NCBI GenBank assembly: GCA_051024685.1
Contig: JAZHPA010000017.1
Span: forward strand, 8,023 to 32,022
Length of the DNA stretch: 24,000 bases
Reading direction: 5' to 3'
DNA from: Moorellaceae bacterium AZ2
GTDB lineage: Bacteria > Bacillota > DSM-521 > Neomoorellales > Neomoorellaceae
The notes below the pieces were generated by a model. That model ran no database searches. It saw only the letters and a list, made by a program, of their open reading frames with translations, and had not been told where the DNA came from. The position numbers and the translations under genes are program-made. Within the stretch, counting starts at the first letter, position 1, and the number at the start of each line of letters is the position of its first letter. Shown here one piece after another: positions 23,525-24,000 of the stretch.

Positions 23525-24000
23525 TCACACGACTTTCATCTGGCTATACATTTCCTCCAGCAACGGCAGATCCTCCACAATTTGCGGGCCGTTCCGGGTA
23601 CCTATAAGGTCTGCTCCCGCTAAAATGCAGCCCAAGGCTATTTGGCTCGTCCAGAAATTACCGGTACCTGCTACTTTCACTCCCACATGCGGTGAGACGC
23701 TCTGCCGCATCAGTTTTACTTCTGCCGGAGTCGGCCCTCTGTCGGCACGGCCGGTGGAACTCTTCACATAATCTCCCCCACCGTCTTCTACGCACTTGCA
23801 GGCCGCAACAATTTCTTCACGGGTCAGATAAGCTACCTCGATTATGATCTTGGTCTTGGCTCCCCCCGCAGCCTTCACTATATCTTTGATCTCTTGCGTC
23901 ACCAGTTTATAATTCTTGTCCTTTAAGGCCCCAATATCTATGACCATATCTAAAGCTTTGGCGCCGCGTCTCACAGCATCTTCAGCCGCCGCGAGCTTCA
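23525..24000 (-). CDS. DeoC/LacD-family class I aldolase, a divergent second DeoC paralogue. It is partial; the N-terminus lies beyond the right edge.
   Basis: The frame stays open upstream of the track's Met (KLAAAEDAVRRGAKALDMVIDIGALKDKNY). Lysine context is GDYVKSSTG. The C-terminal VGVKVAGTG...ADLIGTRNG replaces the canonical KASGGIR...RIGTSSG seen in the other DeoC at 4626-5483. Confidence 0.8.
   Translation of the reverse strand, partial: KLAAAEDAVRRGAKALDMVIDIGALKDKNYKLVTQEIKDIVKAAGGAKTKIIIEVAYLTREEIVAACKCVEDGGGDYVKSSTGRADRGPTPAEVKLMRQSVSPHVGVKVAGTGNFWTSQIALGCILAGADLIGTRNGPQIVEDLPLLEEMYSQMKVV

Noticed and set aside
1-24000. Window-wide look for CRISPR arrays, tRNA/rRNA genes, IS elements, transposases, integrases and long direct or tandem repeats.
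   Set aside because: I saw no regularly spaced direct repeats, no tRNA-like T-loop or acceptor patterns in the few intergenic regions, and no transposase- or integrase-like ORFs. Coding density on the minus strand leaves little unexplained space.

Overview
Every convincing gene in this window is on the minus strand; the long plus-strand ORFs are antisense shadows. Composition and protein style suggest a moderately GC-rich, probably thermophilic Firmicute, but that is inference only.

There are three blocks:
(1) 1-3145: a Type III-like restriction-modification pair. It comprises an 814-aa beta-class DPPY DNA methyltransferase and, downstream, the N-terminus of an SF2 helicase/Res protein that runs off the left edge. 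The ORF track missed the helicase.
(2) 3293-11841: a GntR(HutC)-headed nucleoside uptake and catabolism operon. It encodes a BMP-family lipoprotein, a double-ATPase, two permeases, a uridine-phosphorylase-family enzyme, DeoC and an 8-oxoguanine-deaminase-like amidohydrolase. Upstream lies a roughly 260-nt structured leader that ends in a clean intrinsic terminator.
(3) 12164-24000: a 12-kb carbohydrate/polyol cluster in three apparent transcription units. It encodes a divergent DeoC-like aldolase (partial), an FGGY kinase, an SDR, GldA, an orphan polytopic membrane protein, a 400-aa transaldolase, a split transketolase, RpiB, a HAD phosphatase, a TrpH-like PHP phosphoesterase and a class II aldolase.

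I recognised no rRNA, tRNA, CRISPR array, IS or transposase.

The best candidates for new biology are:
- the polyol cluster with its own non-oxidative pentose-phosphate module, including the PHP phosphoesterase translationally coupled to the aldolase and the orphan membrane protein;
- the structured leader upstream of the nucleoside operon;
- the strand-asymmetric hairpins and palindromes between the cluster's sub-operons.

All functional calls rest on motif recognition by eye; no database search was possible.
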